36,640 bases of DNA from a virus (IMGVR_UViG_3300042324_002041:1-36640), one strand, 5' to 3'. Counted from the first letter of the stretch, positions 26,999 to 36,023 are shown. Notes: generated from the letters alone by a model not told the origin. Made by a program: numbers and translations.

Positions 26999-27619
26999 TT
27001 AAGTCTCTTGAAAATTGTAAGCGAGTTTTTTGAAAATTTGAGCAGTTAGAAAACAGTCATAATCTCCTTGGTGAGTTTTAGAAGCATCTATTTCAATACC
27101 CCATTCATTGCAAAGATAAGCTACATTACTTTTCAAACCTTTCTTGATAAAATTTGCCCATCGAAGTTGCCAAGCATCGAAATTATCAAACTCTGGAGTT
27201 GATCCGCTTAAAAAAGCTTTTGCTAAAGCATTAGTATCTACCACTCTTGAAACCCAATCGAAATCTGTAGATTCCCCTATCTCTCGAAACCAATTTCTTA
27301 TTTGATAAACATCAAATTTTAGTCCATTATGAAAACCTAGAAGGTTATCTCCAAAAAACCATGGAGATATTTCTTTGTAAACTTCTTTAGGACACTTAGC
27401 AATCTTTTCGTATTTCTTGTAATTAAATCCTGTAACCTCAGCTGCTCTAGGATTAACATTGAGATCTTCCCACCATAGATATCTAGACTGACTATCTACA
27501 ATAACCCCATTATCCATGACTACCCAAGCGAATTCCCATGGACGAGACGTATTCAAGTTAAGACCCTCAGTCTCTGTATCAGCAAAATAAATTCGCTGGT
27601 TGATATCTAGTTTATTCAT
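26999..27619 (-). CDS. dnaQ: DEDDh 3'-5' exonuclease (DnaQ/epsilon-like)
   Basis: DTETEG, HNG.KFD, DT, H.G.YD. Confidence 0.85.
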   Translation of the reverse strand: MNKLDINQRIYFADTETEGLNLNTSRPWEFAWVVMDNGVIVDSQSRYLWWEDLNVNPRAAEVTGFNYKKYEKIAKCPKEVYKEISPWFFGDNLLGFHNGLKFDVYQIRNWFREIGESTDFDWVSRVVDTNALAKAFLSGSTPEFDNFDAWQLRWANFIKKGLKSNVAYLCNEWGIEIDASKTHQGDYDCFLTAQIFKKLAYNFQET

Positions 27620-27843
27620 ATTGTTTTTAGAAATTGTATATTATCTTCCAGCTTTTTGATCCATTCTTTTGCATCTTTTTTAGTTAATGATTGAGGTGTA
27701 AACATTTTATATTCGCCCTCTGGACCTTGTACAGTATATTCATTAACTCCCATAATTTCTTCTATGCTTTTTATTTCAGCAAAAATCTGAATACCTAAAA
27801 AACCTCTGCACTGAACAAAGTCTCCAATTTTATTATTCGCCAT
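27616..27843 (-). CDS. Hypothetical protein
   Basis: 75-aa ORF coupled to the exonuclease gene. Confidence 0.6.
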   Translation of the reverse strand: MANNKIGDFVQCRGFLGIQIFAEIKSIEEIMGVNEYTVQGPEGEYKMFTPQSLTKKDAKEWIKKLEDNIQFLKTI

Positions 27844-27852
27844 AATTAATAT

Positions 27853-28644
27853 TTAAATTAAACGATCTTTAGCTTCGAGATAAGATTCCCAGCTAAACTC
27901 TCTAGAAGACATATCATCGAATCCCGGATTATCTAAGGTTCTGCCTGATCCAAACTTTTTTCTATTCAAGCATTTAAGAGCTAGAAAAGCATCGTAATCT
28001 TCTCGATTTTTGTAATAAATACTTTTTGTTTCAAGGACTTCTTTTTTATAAGCCTTAGCATATTCCAAGGCAGCATTGCGAAGAAGATTATCAAATACTA
28101 TACCGTTGGATTCAATAAAAACTGTATGAGGAATATTTCTTGAGAATTCAGGTACACAGATATTCTCTTTCAAAAGATTATTGTGAATGAAAGAATCGTA
28201 AAAAGGAACTGCAATCTCTAAGTCATCACTCCAATACTTGTGTAAATCAGAATAAGAAAGCCTAGGCTCTTTATAAAAATTATCATATGATGCTAGAGTA
28301 GATAACTTTATTAGAGTTTTATATCCTTTTAAGTTCTTAGGGAAAATAATATTTTTATGACACGATATCAAAGAATCATCTGTCTTCTCAGAAGAGTCCC
28401 TGATGAATGTCATTCTCAACCCGAATATAAGCTTAATATTAGAAGCCTCGCAAGCTTGCAAAGCCGCAATATACCCAGACATACTATCTTCTACTAAGAC
28501 TATCTCTTTAAGCTTATTCTCTACAGCTATATCTATAATACTGTCAGGAAGATCCTTGTCTCTGCTTGAGTCATACGGGTCAACAGTTAGAATAGAACGC
28601 AATAGACTATAATGCGACTTAAACAATGGGATCAATTGAGTCAT
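27853..28644 (-). CDS. dnaE: Stand-alone PHP domain of DNA polymerase III alpha
   Basis: SHYSLL.S, KLIFG, KN.KGYK.LIKLST, Y..PR, YY...D; metal ligands appear degenerate. Confidence 0.85.
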   Translation of the reverse strand: MTQLIPLFKSHYSLLRSILTVDPYDSSRDKDLPDSIIDIAVENKLKEIVLVEDSMSGYIAALQACEASNIKLIFGLRMTFIRDSSEKTDDSLISCHKNIIFPKNLKGYKTLIKLSTLASYDNFYKEPRLSYSDLHKYWSDDLEIAVPFYDSFIHNNLLKENICVPEFSRNIPHTVFIESNGIVFDNLLRNAALEYAKAYKKEVLETKSIYYKNREDYDAFLALKCLNRKKFGSGRTLDNPGFDDMSSREFSWESYLEAKDRLI

Positions 28645-28661
28645 GAATTCTAAAAAGAATC

Positions 28662-29603
28662 TTAGTTAAATTTAGGACAACCGGAATGTTTCCTCTGCAC
28701 AATTGAATAACCCATAGTAACATGCTTGTCAAGTTCCTTTTTAGAATATGCTGATTTAGAAGGACACCCCTCTTTCACAGCTTCGAAATAAAGGAAAGGA
28801 GCTTTATATTCACAAACCCAAACTGGTGATCCATCTTCCTTATAAGTAAAAGGTTCTTTGCCGCAGAGCCATTTACGTTTGAAATCTCCAGCCGCTGTAT
28901 TGGCTAAAGCTTTTTCTAATCCAAAATCTTGCAAATAATTACTGATGTATTCTAAATAATCTTCAAATGCATCTATCTGCTTTGAAGTAAATTCCATTTT
29001 GATATAGGGGTTTTTCCTAAATTTAAGGAACAAGAACTCTACTGTTATTTTTTTGCCGGGATGCAATTTTGAAGCAACTAAAGCATAGATTAATGCTTGA
29101 ACATTAAAATCCATATCTTCTGATCCTTTTGCAAATTTAGACTTAGAAGATTTGAAATCTAAAATTCTAATATGATCGTCATATACAAAGAGCCTATCTA
29201 TGAAGCCATAGACCCAATACTTACCAGTATTTAAATCAAATTCATATTCTGTTTCGTATTTTTCACAACCTTTTCCATGGAAATCATTTTCCAATCCAGT
29301 TACTAAAAACCCATTTATTTTTTCATAGTTCTCCAAAGAATCCACATCTTCTTTCTTGAGCCATTTCTTAACGAGACGGCTTAAAGACGGAATGGACAAT
29401 GGCTTCTCACAGGCAATAGACTGCTTAACTTTTTCCACCCTTCTAGGGTGAGCTAAACATTCGAGAACAACGTGAGTAATGCCTCCTAATTTTGAGCCTG
29501 TATTCCCTTTGGAGGGTAAGCCACAATTATACTTTAGATAAGCAAGATATGAACAGCTACTATATGATTTGATTTTGCTCGCGGAGAGCCTTGGTAATGA
29601 CAT
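28662..29603 (-). CDS. PD-(D/E)XK exonuclease, Cas4/RecB/AddB-like
   Basis: LSASKIKSY..C, G...H..LE, GFIDRL, ILDFKS, Q..IY; one N-terminal and three C-terminal Cys suggest an Fe-S staple; ATG 29603 preferred over 29642. Confidence 0.8.
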   Translation of the reverse strand: MSLPRLSASKIKSYSSCSYLAYLKYNCGLPSKGNTGSKLGGITHVVLECLAHPRRVEKVKQSIACEKPLSIPSLSRLVKKWLKKEDVDSLENYEKINGFLVTGLENDFHGKGCEKYETEYEFDLNTGKYWVYGFIDRLFVYDDHIRILDFKSSKSKFAKGSEDMDFNVQALIYALVASKLHPGKKITVEFLFLKFRKNPYIKMEFTSKQIDAFEDYLEYISNYLQDFGLEKALANTAAGDFKRKWLCGKEPFTYKEDGSPVWVCEYKAPFLYFEAVKEGCPSKSAYSKKELDKHVTMGYSIVQRKHSGCPKFN

Positions 29604-29610
29604 TTTTTTA

Positions 29611-30237
29611 TTATTCGATAAGATCCCACAGCACATCGTCAAAAAGCGACGACTTCACCAGCTTCTTTATATCAGAGTTTTTAGGTTTTTCACCTGAATA
29701 TTTTACTTTTCCGCCTCTTTTTTTGTACTCTCTTATGACCCAGAGATTTTTTACATAAGAAGTTTTGCCTCCGAATTTTTTATCAGCAGCTTCTTGAACC
29801 GCAGCTAATTTATCTTTATCAAGATATTCTACTTTTGAAAAGGAGAACTCATCCCCAACAGAATCTTCTAAATCAAAAAGGTCTTCTTTCGCATTTACTA
29901 AATCAGGATCAAAAGAAATAATTTCTTCTTGGGAGGGCAAGTTATCAAAATCAAAATAATCTTCTCCTGACCCTACAATTTGACTGACAGGTTTGGCTGA
30001 CCACATTTTACATGACCAATAATTGGCTTTATATTTAGGTCCGGGATTATCGCAGTTATGTCTAGCTCTATAATTGCTTCTGCGTTCAGGGTCATCTCTT
30101 TTAATTGACATATTCGGATCACCGAATTTTACAATTACAACATTACCTTTATCATTTTTTACATAAACGCCAAATTTTTTAGCACTGCCTTGAGGAAGTC
30201 TAAATGGTTTATTTAATGTTTTATTTTCGTTAGCCAT
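29611..30237 (-). CDS. Conserved phage protein (DUF6321-like N-terminus, DUF5872-like C-terminus)
   Basis: KKF.VYVK..VKFGD...RR.NYRARH.C...A.YWSC..W; C-terminal SY....V.REYKKRGG. Confidence 0.65.
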   Translation of the reverse strand: MANENKTLNKPFRLPQGSAKKFGVYVKNDKGNVVIVKFGDPNMSIKRDDPERRSNYRARHNCDNPGPKYKANYWSCKMWSAKPVSQIVGSGEDYFDFDNLPSQEEIISFDPDLVNAKEDLFDLEDSVGDEFSFSKVEYLDKDKLAAVQEAADKKFGGKTSYVKNLWVIREYKKRGGKVKYSGEKPKNSDIKKLVKSSLFDDVLWDLIE

Positions 30238-30256
30238 AATATATTTTACACCAATT

Positions 30257-30754
30257 TTAGATTAATTCTTCAGACCATTTTAAATGAAATGGCCAATACT
30301 CAGAAAGAGTAGGTAGAATCAACGGCCAAATATAGGAGAGATCAGGAATATCTTCTGATGTCCAAGACAATAAAAATTCATTGCCTTCAAACTCAGAACA
30401 ATTTTCTGAAGCAATCCAATAAGGCTCATTACAATCTTCGCCTGTGTCAAAATATTTACTTAAAAAAGCCCCAATGTTTTCGTATTCTTCCTCGTAATTT
30501 TCTGAACAATTTTCATTACTATCTTCATCATATATCCCGCAGAAATACTCTTCAATAGATACGATATCTTCATAAACGCTATCCATTGAAATTGTAGCGG
30601 AGAAGTCAGACCAACAACCTCCTCCTTCATAACCATAAGCAAAAATAGAAATTTTATTGTCAGGAAGATACTTAGCTCCAATAATTATATCTAAACAATT
30701 GCTTTCTCTATTTTCAGACTTAATGGCTAAAATTCCGTATTCTTTATTTTCCAT
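30257..30754 (-). CDS. Hypothetical acidic protein
   Basis: ATG 30754 (MENKEYG) just after the primase stop; the ORF track gives 30784. Confidence 0.6.
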   Translation of the reverse strand: MENKEYGILAIKSENRESNCLDIIIGAKYLPDNKISIFAYGYEGGGCWSDFSATISMDSVYEDIVSIEEYFCGIYDEDSNENCSENYEEEYENIGAFLSKYFDTGEDCNEPYWIASENCSEFEGNEFLLSWTSEDIPDLSYIWPLILPTLSEYWPFHLKWSEELI

Positions 30755-30762
30755 ATTATTAT

Positions 30763-31659
30763 TTATTGTATTTGTTTTTTCCATTCAAGTATTTCTGCTT
30801 TCGTCATATCTCCGAAATCTTTTCTGGTAGGCAACTTTACTTTCAAAGTGTCGGGGTTAAAAAATTTAGATAGTTTTGATTTAATATTTAGAGCTGCCTC
30901 CATACCTCTATTGTAATCAGAATCTGCATCATTATTCGTTGATATAATTATATTTTCTAAATTACTTTTCATCAAAAAAAGAATTACATTCTTAGATACT
31001 GTCAATCCAAATATTACAATGAGATTTTTTATCCCATTCTCATATAGAGCTAAAGCATCACCAATACTTTCTACCAGAATGACAGTCTTAGTATTCTGTA
31101 TTTCAGGAGAAGATAAATCAGAAGGGTATACGAAATTAGATTTTCTACCAAGAATCTTCCATTTAGGTCGCTGAGAATTGCTATACAAATCTCTCCCAGC
31201 TAGTCCAATTATTTTTTTACCTTCAAAAATTGGGAATACAAACCTATTATTTAGTTTCCCATAAGTTTTTACCCCCCCTTTGAAATCTTTTAAAGTTTCA
31301 TTAGATATACCTCTTTTATTGTAGAAATTAAAAGACGGCAACAAATCACTTAAGAAATCAGAGCTGAAGAATTTCTCTTGAATTATTTTAGACTCTTGAT
31401 CCTCAGTTTCGACCACATTATCAAAATACTCATTTCTCAAAAAGCTTTTGGCATCTTTCTCATTTATATTAAGAGTTATCATTGCCAATTTGATAAGAGG
31501 CCCAGATTGCCCAGTCACAAAATCTGTAAACCACCCACTCTTAGTATTAACACTTAAAGATGAACTTGCGCTATTTCTATAAATAGCTTTCATCCTTAAG
31601 TAATCTGGCCCAGATCTTTCTGGCGCATACCCCATTTTTTTAAGCAGTTCTACTATCAT
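30763..31659 (-). CDS. dnaG: DNA primase (DnaG-like, TOPRIM)
   Basis: RGIS.ET, RFVFPI, GR, PKW, LVES..DA, NND; adjacent to the helicase. Confidence 0.85.
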   Translation of the reverse strand: MIVELLKKMGYAPERSGPDYLRMKAIYRNSASSSLSVNTKSGWFTDFVTGQSGPLIKLAMITLNINEKDAKSFLRNEYFDNVVETEDQESKIIQEKFFSSDFLSDLLPSFNFYNKRGISNETLKDFKGGVKTYGKLNNRFVFPIFEGKKIIGLAGRDLYSNSQRPKWKILGRKSNFVYPSDLSSPEIQNTKTVILVESIGDALALYENGIKNLIVIFGLTVSKNVILFLMKSNLENIIISTNNDADSDYNRGMEAALNIKSKLSKFFNPDTLKVKLPTRKDFGDMTKAEILEWKKQIQ

Positions 31660-33119
31660 ATAAAATCGTTTTTAGTATACTTTCTATTATTAGACACCTC
31701 AATCTGTCCTAATTTTTTATTGAATACATCTTCAGCATTACCACACTCCATTACTTTAAAGTTGTCAACTTTAAAATTAATATAATTTTCGACGTATACT
31801 TCTCCATCTTGGGTAACTCGTTTAACATAGTTATCAGCTCCCATGGCTTCTTCTCCTTGAACACGAGCTCTAACTTCGATTAGTTTATGAGTCCCGAACT
31901 CTTTACCTGCTTCTCCAATCTCTTCTGGAGTTTTCTTTTCAAGACGATACATGTTGGAACAATGCCACTCAATCTGAGATGACATAGCTGTGCCGCCACT
32001 TCTATTAGTTTGAACAGCGGTCAACCCAGCCGTCCTTGGCAAAGAAGATACAAGCTTCTTAAGCTTATCTGTCTTTTGACCTAAAAGTTCATACCCTTCA
32101 AAAGCACTAGTGATGTTCTCTTGAGTAGATTTCAAATAATCATAAATAAGAAGAACATTCTCTCCATTCTTGACATTTTGAACATACCATCTTTTAGCAA
32201 TAGAAATAACCTCATCAATAGATTTATTTGCTACATACTTATGGTGAACTCTTCCCTTATATTTTTCCAAAGAATTTAAAGCTGCATAAACTTTATTCTT
32301 ATCTATAGGGTTATTAAGAAATTTACCTGTTTTGATTTTATACTCATTAACACCGGAAATAGCAGAAAGATTTCTAGCAATAATACGATCAGTTTCCAGC
32401 TCTGTATCCAATACTAAAGCTAAACAATTATTTTCTTCTAAACCAGCAACTTCATAAGCTAAAAAGTTTACAAACGTACTCTTTCCAACTTTTGGACCAG
32501 CAGCAATAACAAACAAATCTCCGAAGCTAGGGCCTCCATACATTTTTGTAAAAATTGGGAATGGAGTTTTAAGGCATACTGGCCTTGGATTATTAGCCCA
32601 GTCTAGAACGGTCTCCTGCATCGAAGAAAACACATCAATAGGCTTTTCCTCATCAGCTACATTCTCTGTTCCAGCATTCTTAAGAGTAGTCTCTACGACA
32701 TTTGCTAATTCAGGAAGAGACTTATCTATATTACTTCGAATCTCTATCTTGCCTTCATCAAGAGATTTATCAGCCTTTCTTGCAAAATCATATTTAATTA
32801 CATTCGCAATAAAATTTGGGAGAGATTGTTCTCTTATCTGCATCTGAGATAAGCAATCAATATAATCAATTATGTTTAAGTCCTCGAAAGATTTTAACCC
32901 AATAGCTGTTAATTTCTCAACTACTAATAATTTATCAACAGTCGAACTCTGAGCATAAATAGATAAGATAGCAGAAAATATAGCTGCATGAACTTTGTTG
33001 TCAAAGTGTGTAGGTTTAAGAACAGATGCATAATCAGCAACATTATCTGGCCACTTAATAAAGCCAGCTAAACATGCACGCTCTTGTTCTTGAGGAGTTG
33101 AAATTCTATTGTTACTCAT
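31656..33119 (-). CDS. dnaB: Replicative DNA helicase DnaB
   Basis: N-terminal E.A.LA..F....H..IF; Walker A AGPKVGKS; DTE; Walker B IYDYL; QTNR. Confidence 0.9.
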   Translation of the reverse strand: MSNNRISTPQEQERACLAGFIKWPDNVADYASVLKPTHFDNKVHAAIFSAILSIYAQSSTVDKLLVVEKLTAIGLKSFEDLNIIDYIDCLSQMQIREQSLPNFIANVIKYDFARKADKSLDEGKIEIRSNIDKSLPELANVVETTLKNAGTENVADEEKPIDVFSSMQETVLDWANNPRPVCLKTPFPIFTKMYGGPSFGDLFVIAAGPKVGKSTFVNFLAYEVAGLEENNCLALVLDTELETDRIIARNLSAISGVNEYKIKTGKFLNNPIDKNKVYAALNSLEKYKGRVHHKYVANKSIDEVISIAKRWYVQNVKNGENVLLIYDYLKSTQENITSAFEGYELLGQKTDKLKKLVSSLPRTAGLTAVQTNRSGGTAMSSQIEWHCSNMYRLEKKTPEEIGEAGKEFGTHKLIEVRARVQGEEAMGADNYVKRVTQDGEVYVENYINFKVDNFKVMECGNAEDVFNKKLGQIEVSNNRKYTKNDFI

Positions 33120-33655
33120 TTAAATAAGAAATCTTTTAATGATTTTGGTTTTTTTACACTGAGATCTAGGTCTAACTGAACTTCTTCTAGAACTTCGACA
33201 GGCTTCTCAATGCTCTCTTCTACATTTTTAATGCTAGGCAAATATGTTCTAATGTATTTCCGACCATCTTCACAAAGATAGTATAAAAGACTATAGGCTT
33301 TTTCACTAGGCACTACATTCTGTAGAGTTTTCAAATCGAAAATAGCCAGAAGTTTATTCGCTGTCAACATCTCTTTGGGCCAAAAGATATTAGGCCGATG
33401 GCCAAGAAAATGCAAAACGACAGACCTTGCATCTTTTGGATTAGAAACTTTTTTCGGTTTAGGTTTATGCTTTAAAACTATTCCGAATTTTCCATGCAAA
33501 TATTCCCTTATCTCCACTAATCCTTTTGCGCCCATTCCTTCAAGAGATTTTAAATCTTCCAAAAACTTATCCGACAAGTCTTTTTCTGAAAGGAAACCAT
33601 TTTGAATTAAAACATTTTTTGTTCTATTCGAGATAGGGAATTCTGATATGAGCAT
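33116..33655 (-). CDS. RNA polymerase alpha-CTD-like domain fused to an unknown domain
   Basis: ISEFPISNRTKNVL...G.....DL......L..LEGMGAKGL.EI...L matches the alpha-CTD consensus. Confidence 0.7.
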   Translation of the reverse strand: MLISEFPISNRTKNVLIQNGFLSEKDLSDKFLEDLKSLEGMGAKGLVEIREYLHGKFGIVLKHKPKPKKVSNPKDARSVVLHFLGHRPNIFWPKEMLTANKLLAIFDLKTLQNVVPSEKAYSLLYYLCEDGRKYIRTYLPSIKNVEESIEKPVEVLEEVQLDLDLSVKKPKSLKDFLFK

Positions 33656-33660
33656 AGTAC

Positions 33661-34077
33661 TTACCTTAGTATATGAGATCCAAAAACTTTTTCAACCCAT
33701 TTTTCCTTTAAGGGCATATTTTTTTCATAGATTTCTATTACTTCAAATCCATTTTTTTCGAGAAGATATTCCTTAAGCACATCTCTATATACTTGCCTCT
33801 CAAAATCTTCGACAGAATTTTGGAAATAAGGCGTATACTCTACATGAAATAACCCGTTTACCTCGACCGCAATTTTTCTAGAAAAATTAACAATATCGAC
33901 TCGTAAACGGGTTTGAGGTATAAGAACCTCTTCTCCTACAATATCTTCAATCCAATATTTTTTGAAGAATTGTTTTACATTAAATTGAAATAAACTTAAA
34001 CTTTCACTATCCCATTTTATAGAATATTTTTTTTCAGAAAGTGGGCGAGTATTCCCCTTCGCTGTAATCCATCTCAT
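33661..34077 (-). CDS. Vsr/DUF559-like PD-(D/E)XK endonuclease
   Basis: EE...P..RLRVD, AVEVNG..H, Q..RD..K, IEI. Confidence 0.7.
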   Translation of the reverse strand: MRWITAKGNTRPLSEKKYSIKWDSESLSLFQFNVKQFFKKYWIEDIVGEEVLIPQTRLRVDIVNFSRKIAVEVNGLFHVEYTPYFQNSVEDFERQVYRDVLKEYLLEKNGFEVIEIYEKNMPLKEKWVEKVFGSHILR

Positions 34078-34099
34078 TTAAAAAATACTATAAAGAAGT

Positions 34100-34390
34100 T
34101 CATTTTGATATTCTTTGTATTTCAGCAATCATTAACGAGCAAGCTTTAATAATATTAGCAATGTCAGAATCATCAGGAATAAATTCTCCAAATGGCCACA
34201 TTTCTTTAGCAACTTTAAGAGTTTCTTCTTTCTTCGTATTCTGCCCATTAGCATAACCAGCCAAAACTAAAGCAGCCAAAGACAGTTCTCCATTTTGATA
34301 CTTAGAATCATGTTCAGCATTATAGCCTTTATCTATTTGCTTTTGTCTTTCAGCCTTAATTGATTCAATGATTTCTTCAAGTTCTTTCAT
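34100..34390 (-). CDS. Conserved phage protein
   Basis: AER.KQ..KGY..EHD..Y..GEL..AA, WP, KA..L..AEI.R. Confidence 0.7.
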   Translation of the reverse strand: MKELEEIIESIKAERQKQIDKGYNAEHDSKYQNGELSLAALVLAGYANGQNTKKEETLKVAKEMWPFGEFIPDDSDIANIIKACSLMIAEIQRISK

Positions 34391-34470
34391 GTTAATGTCG
34401 TGTTAATGTCGTCTTAATACTGTTTTACACTGTGTTAATGCGATATTAGTGTCGTGTTAATGTCGTGTTA
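34390..34470. repeat. Degenerate 11-bp tandem repeat (TGTTAATGTCG, about 7 units)
   Basis: Exact units at 34390, 34401 and 34455; degenerate units in between; fills the whole intergenic gap. Confidence 0.85.
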
Positions 34471-34884
34471 GGAAAGTAGTATATTATATTTTTTTTCGAA
34501 ATAGTCAACAGATAAATTATTTATATCTTCATTAAAAAGTTCTACCAATTCTATAGAATTTTTTATACACCATTCTTTTTTTAATTCGTCAGCTTTAATT
34601 TTAGACAAAAACTTCTGCCGATCTTTATGAAGCCATTTATTAAAAGAATTATGATATTCATCTGGACTTACTTCTACAGCCAATTTCTTAGATAAGTTAA
34701 ATAAATCAATCCTGAATTTACTTCCGGGGATAACAAACTCTTCTACAATTACATCATTTTTCCAAAACTCTCGGAGAAAAGATTTAACTTTAAATTGAGG
34801 AGAAGAAACTTTCTTATCCCAATCAACATTCGATTTAGATGGGACATTGACTTTAGAAAAGCCATGCAGCTTAGTAAGCAGCAT
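34468..34884 (-). CDS. Vsr/DUF559-like PD-(D/E)XK endonuclease, paralog of 33661..34077
   Basis: W....S..QF.VK.F...W..D...EE..IP....R.D..N.S.K.AVEV shared with the paralog. Confidence 0.7.
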   Translation of the reverse strand: MLLTKLHGFSKVNVPSKSNVDWDKKVSSPQFKVKSFLREFWKNDVIVEEFVIPGSKFRIDLFNLSKKLAVEVSPDEYHNSFNKWLHKDRQKFLSKIKADELKKEWCIKNSIELVELFNEDINNLSVDYFEKKYNILLS

Positions 34885-36023
34885 TATGAAATAATTTCCT
34901 TTACTTTCTTAAGCAACCATTCAAATACATCTTTATTATTTTCAATATAATCATAAACAGAAGCAATGCCTTGGTGTTGCATTTGAATATCTACTCCATC
35001 ATTTTTAGCTAATGAAATAATAGACTCCGAAAATGAATACCATGCTCCCTTCTTTGAAATCAGCTCAAAAGCAATAATCATATCGACTACTTCCTTCTCT
35101 ACCCAAATAGCACATCCACTTCTACCTTTTTTGATAGGGATCTTGACTTTTGAACCTGTCACATCTGTAGATGACTTTTTGATTTCAATAGTAGCATAGA
35201 CTCCTAAAGTTTTATTCTTTATTGGGTCAGGCTTATCGTTAGGTTTCTCAAGGATATAATCTCCTCCATATCTGGGTTGATATGAAAGAGTTATATCACT
35301 CTGGTGATTGATAGCAGATCCGCCAGCTCCATCACTTTGTCTTGGAGGAGTTTTGCTGTAAGGATCTAATTTAATTTCAGCTGTATACTGACTTGTAATC
35401 AGAAATAAAGCATCAAAGTGGACTATCTTTAGAGCCAATCTTTTGAATAGAATCTTAGTTAAAAGAGGAACACCAGCAACTTTAATGTTCTCATCTCCAT
35501 TCCAAAGATTTTTCTCTTTATCTGACTTAAGAATAACCCCGTCTAAAGAATCAAGGATGATGCAGAGCTTCTCTCCAGCTTCATGCATTTTAGGAAGAAT
35601 ACTTTCGATAAGCGAAGCAATTGTTTCAAATACATTGCAGCTAAAAACGAATACTGTTCCATACTCCCAATTAGTAGGATCTGTAACAAATTTCATCCCA
35701 GTTCTTTTCTGCATCTCTGGAGTGAGACGAGCTTCAGCTTTTATAAAAATGGTCTTAGATCTTTCGATCTTATCCATATAATTCTGAGCGAAAACAAAGC
35801 ACTGAGATGTTTTACCCAATTCACTGCCTTTACCACAAACTCTGACAAAGGAGCCAGAGCGAACCTTAATAAGGGCATCAAGATTTAGAGATCCAGAAGA
35901 AACAGTGACTTCATCAGGCTGCAAATAGTTAAAGTGATTATCTTCATTATCTTTTAAAAATGAAGAGAGCATGTCTTTTGAACCTGTCTCGCTTGATGAG
36001 TCGTCTTTTCTTTTGGATGGCAT
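34884..36023 (-). CDS. recA: RecA/UvsX-like recombinase
   Basis: SSGSLNLD, GKTS, FI.AE, IILDSL, GG.A..H, KKGAWYSF, QG. Confidence 0.85.
   Translation of the reverse strand: MPSKRKDDSSSETGSKDMLSSFLKDNEDNHFNYLQPDEVTVSSGSLNLDALIKVRSGSFVRVCGKGSELGKTSQCFVFAQNYMDKIERSKTIFIKAEARLTPEMQKRTGMKFVTDPTNWEYGTVFVFSCNVFETIASLIESILPKMHEAGEKLCIILDSLDGVILKSDKEKNLWNGDENIKVAGVPLLTKILFKRLALKIVHFDALFLITSQYTAEIKLDPYSKTPPRQSDGAGGSAINHQSDITLSYQPRYGGDYILEKPNDKPDPIKNKTLGVYATIEIKKSSTDVTGSKVKIPIKKGRSGCAIWVEKEVVDMIIAFELISKKGAWYSFSESIISLAKNDGVDIQMQHQGIASVYDYIENNKDVFEWLLKKVKEIIS

Noticed and set aside
28662-29603. CRISPR-associated cas4 locus
   Set aside because: No other cas genes or array; stand-alone Cas4-like nucleases are common in phage replication modules
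8339-30681. Nested alternative-frame minus ORFs 8339..8530, 21918..22103 and 30460..30681
   Set aside because: Fully inside better-supported genes, with no motif or start signal
34390-34470. CRISPR array
   Set aside because: 11-bp units abut each other with no spacers
3162-35888. Plus-strand ORFs of the track other than 3676..4272 (e.g. 3162, 4667, 4807, 6092, 6369, 7038, 10737, 11126, 14468, 18352, 22256, 24165, 28403, 30358, 33375, 35443, 35583)
   Set aside because: Antisense shadows of well-supported minus-strand genes with no recognisable motifs
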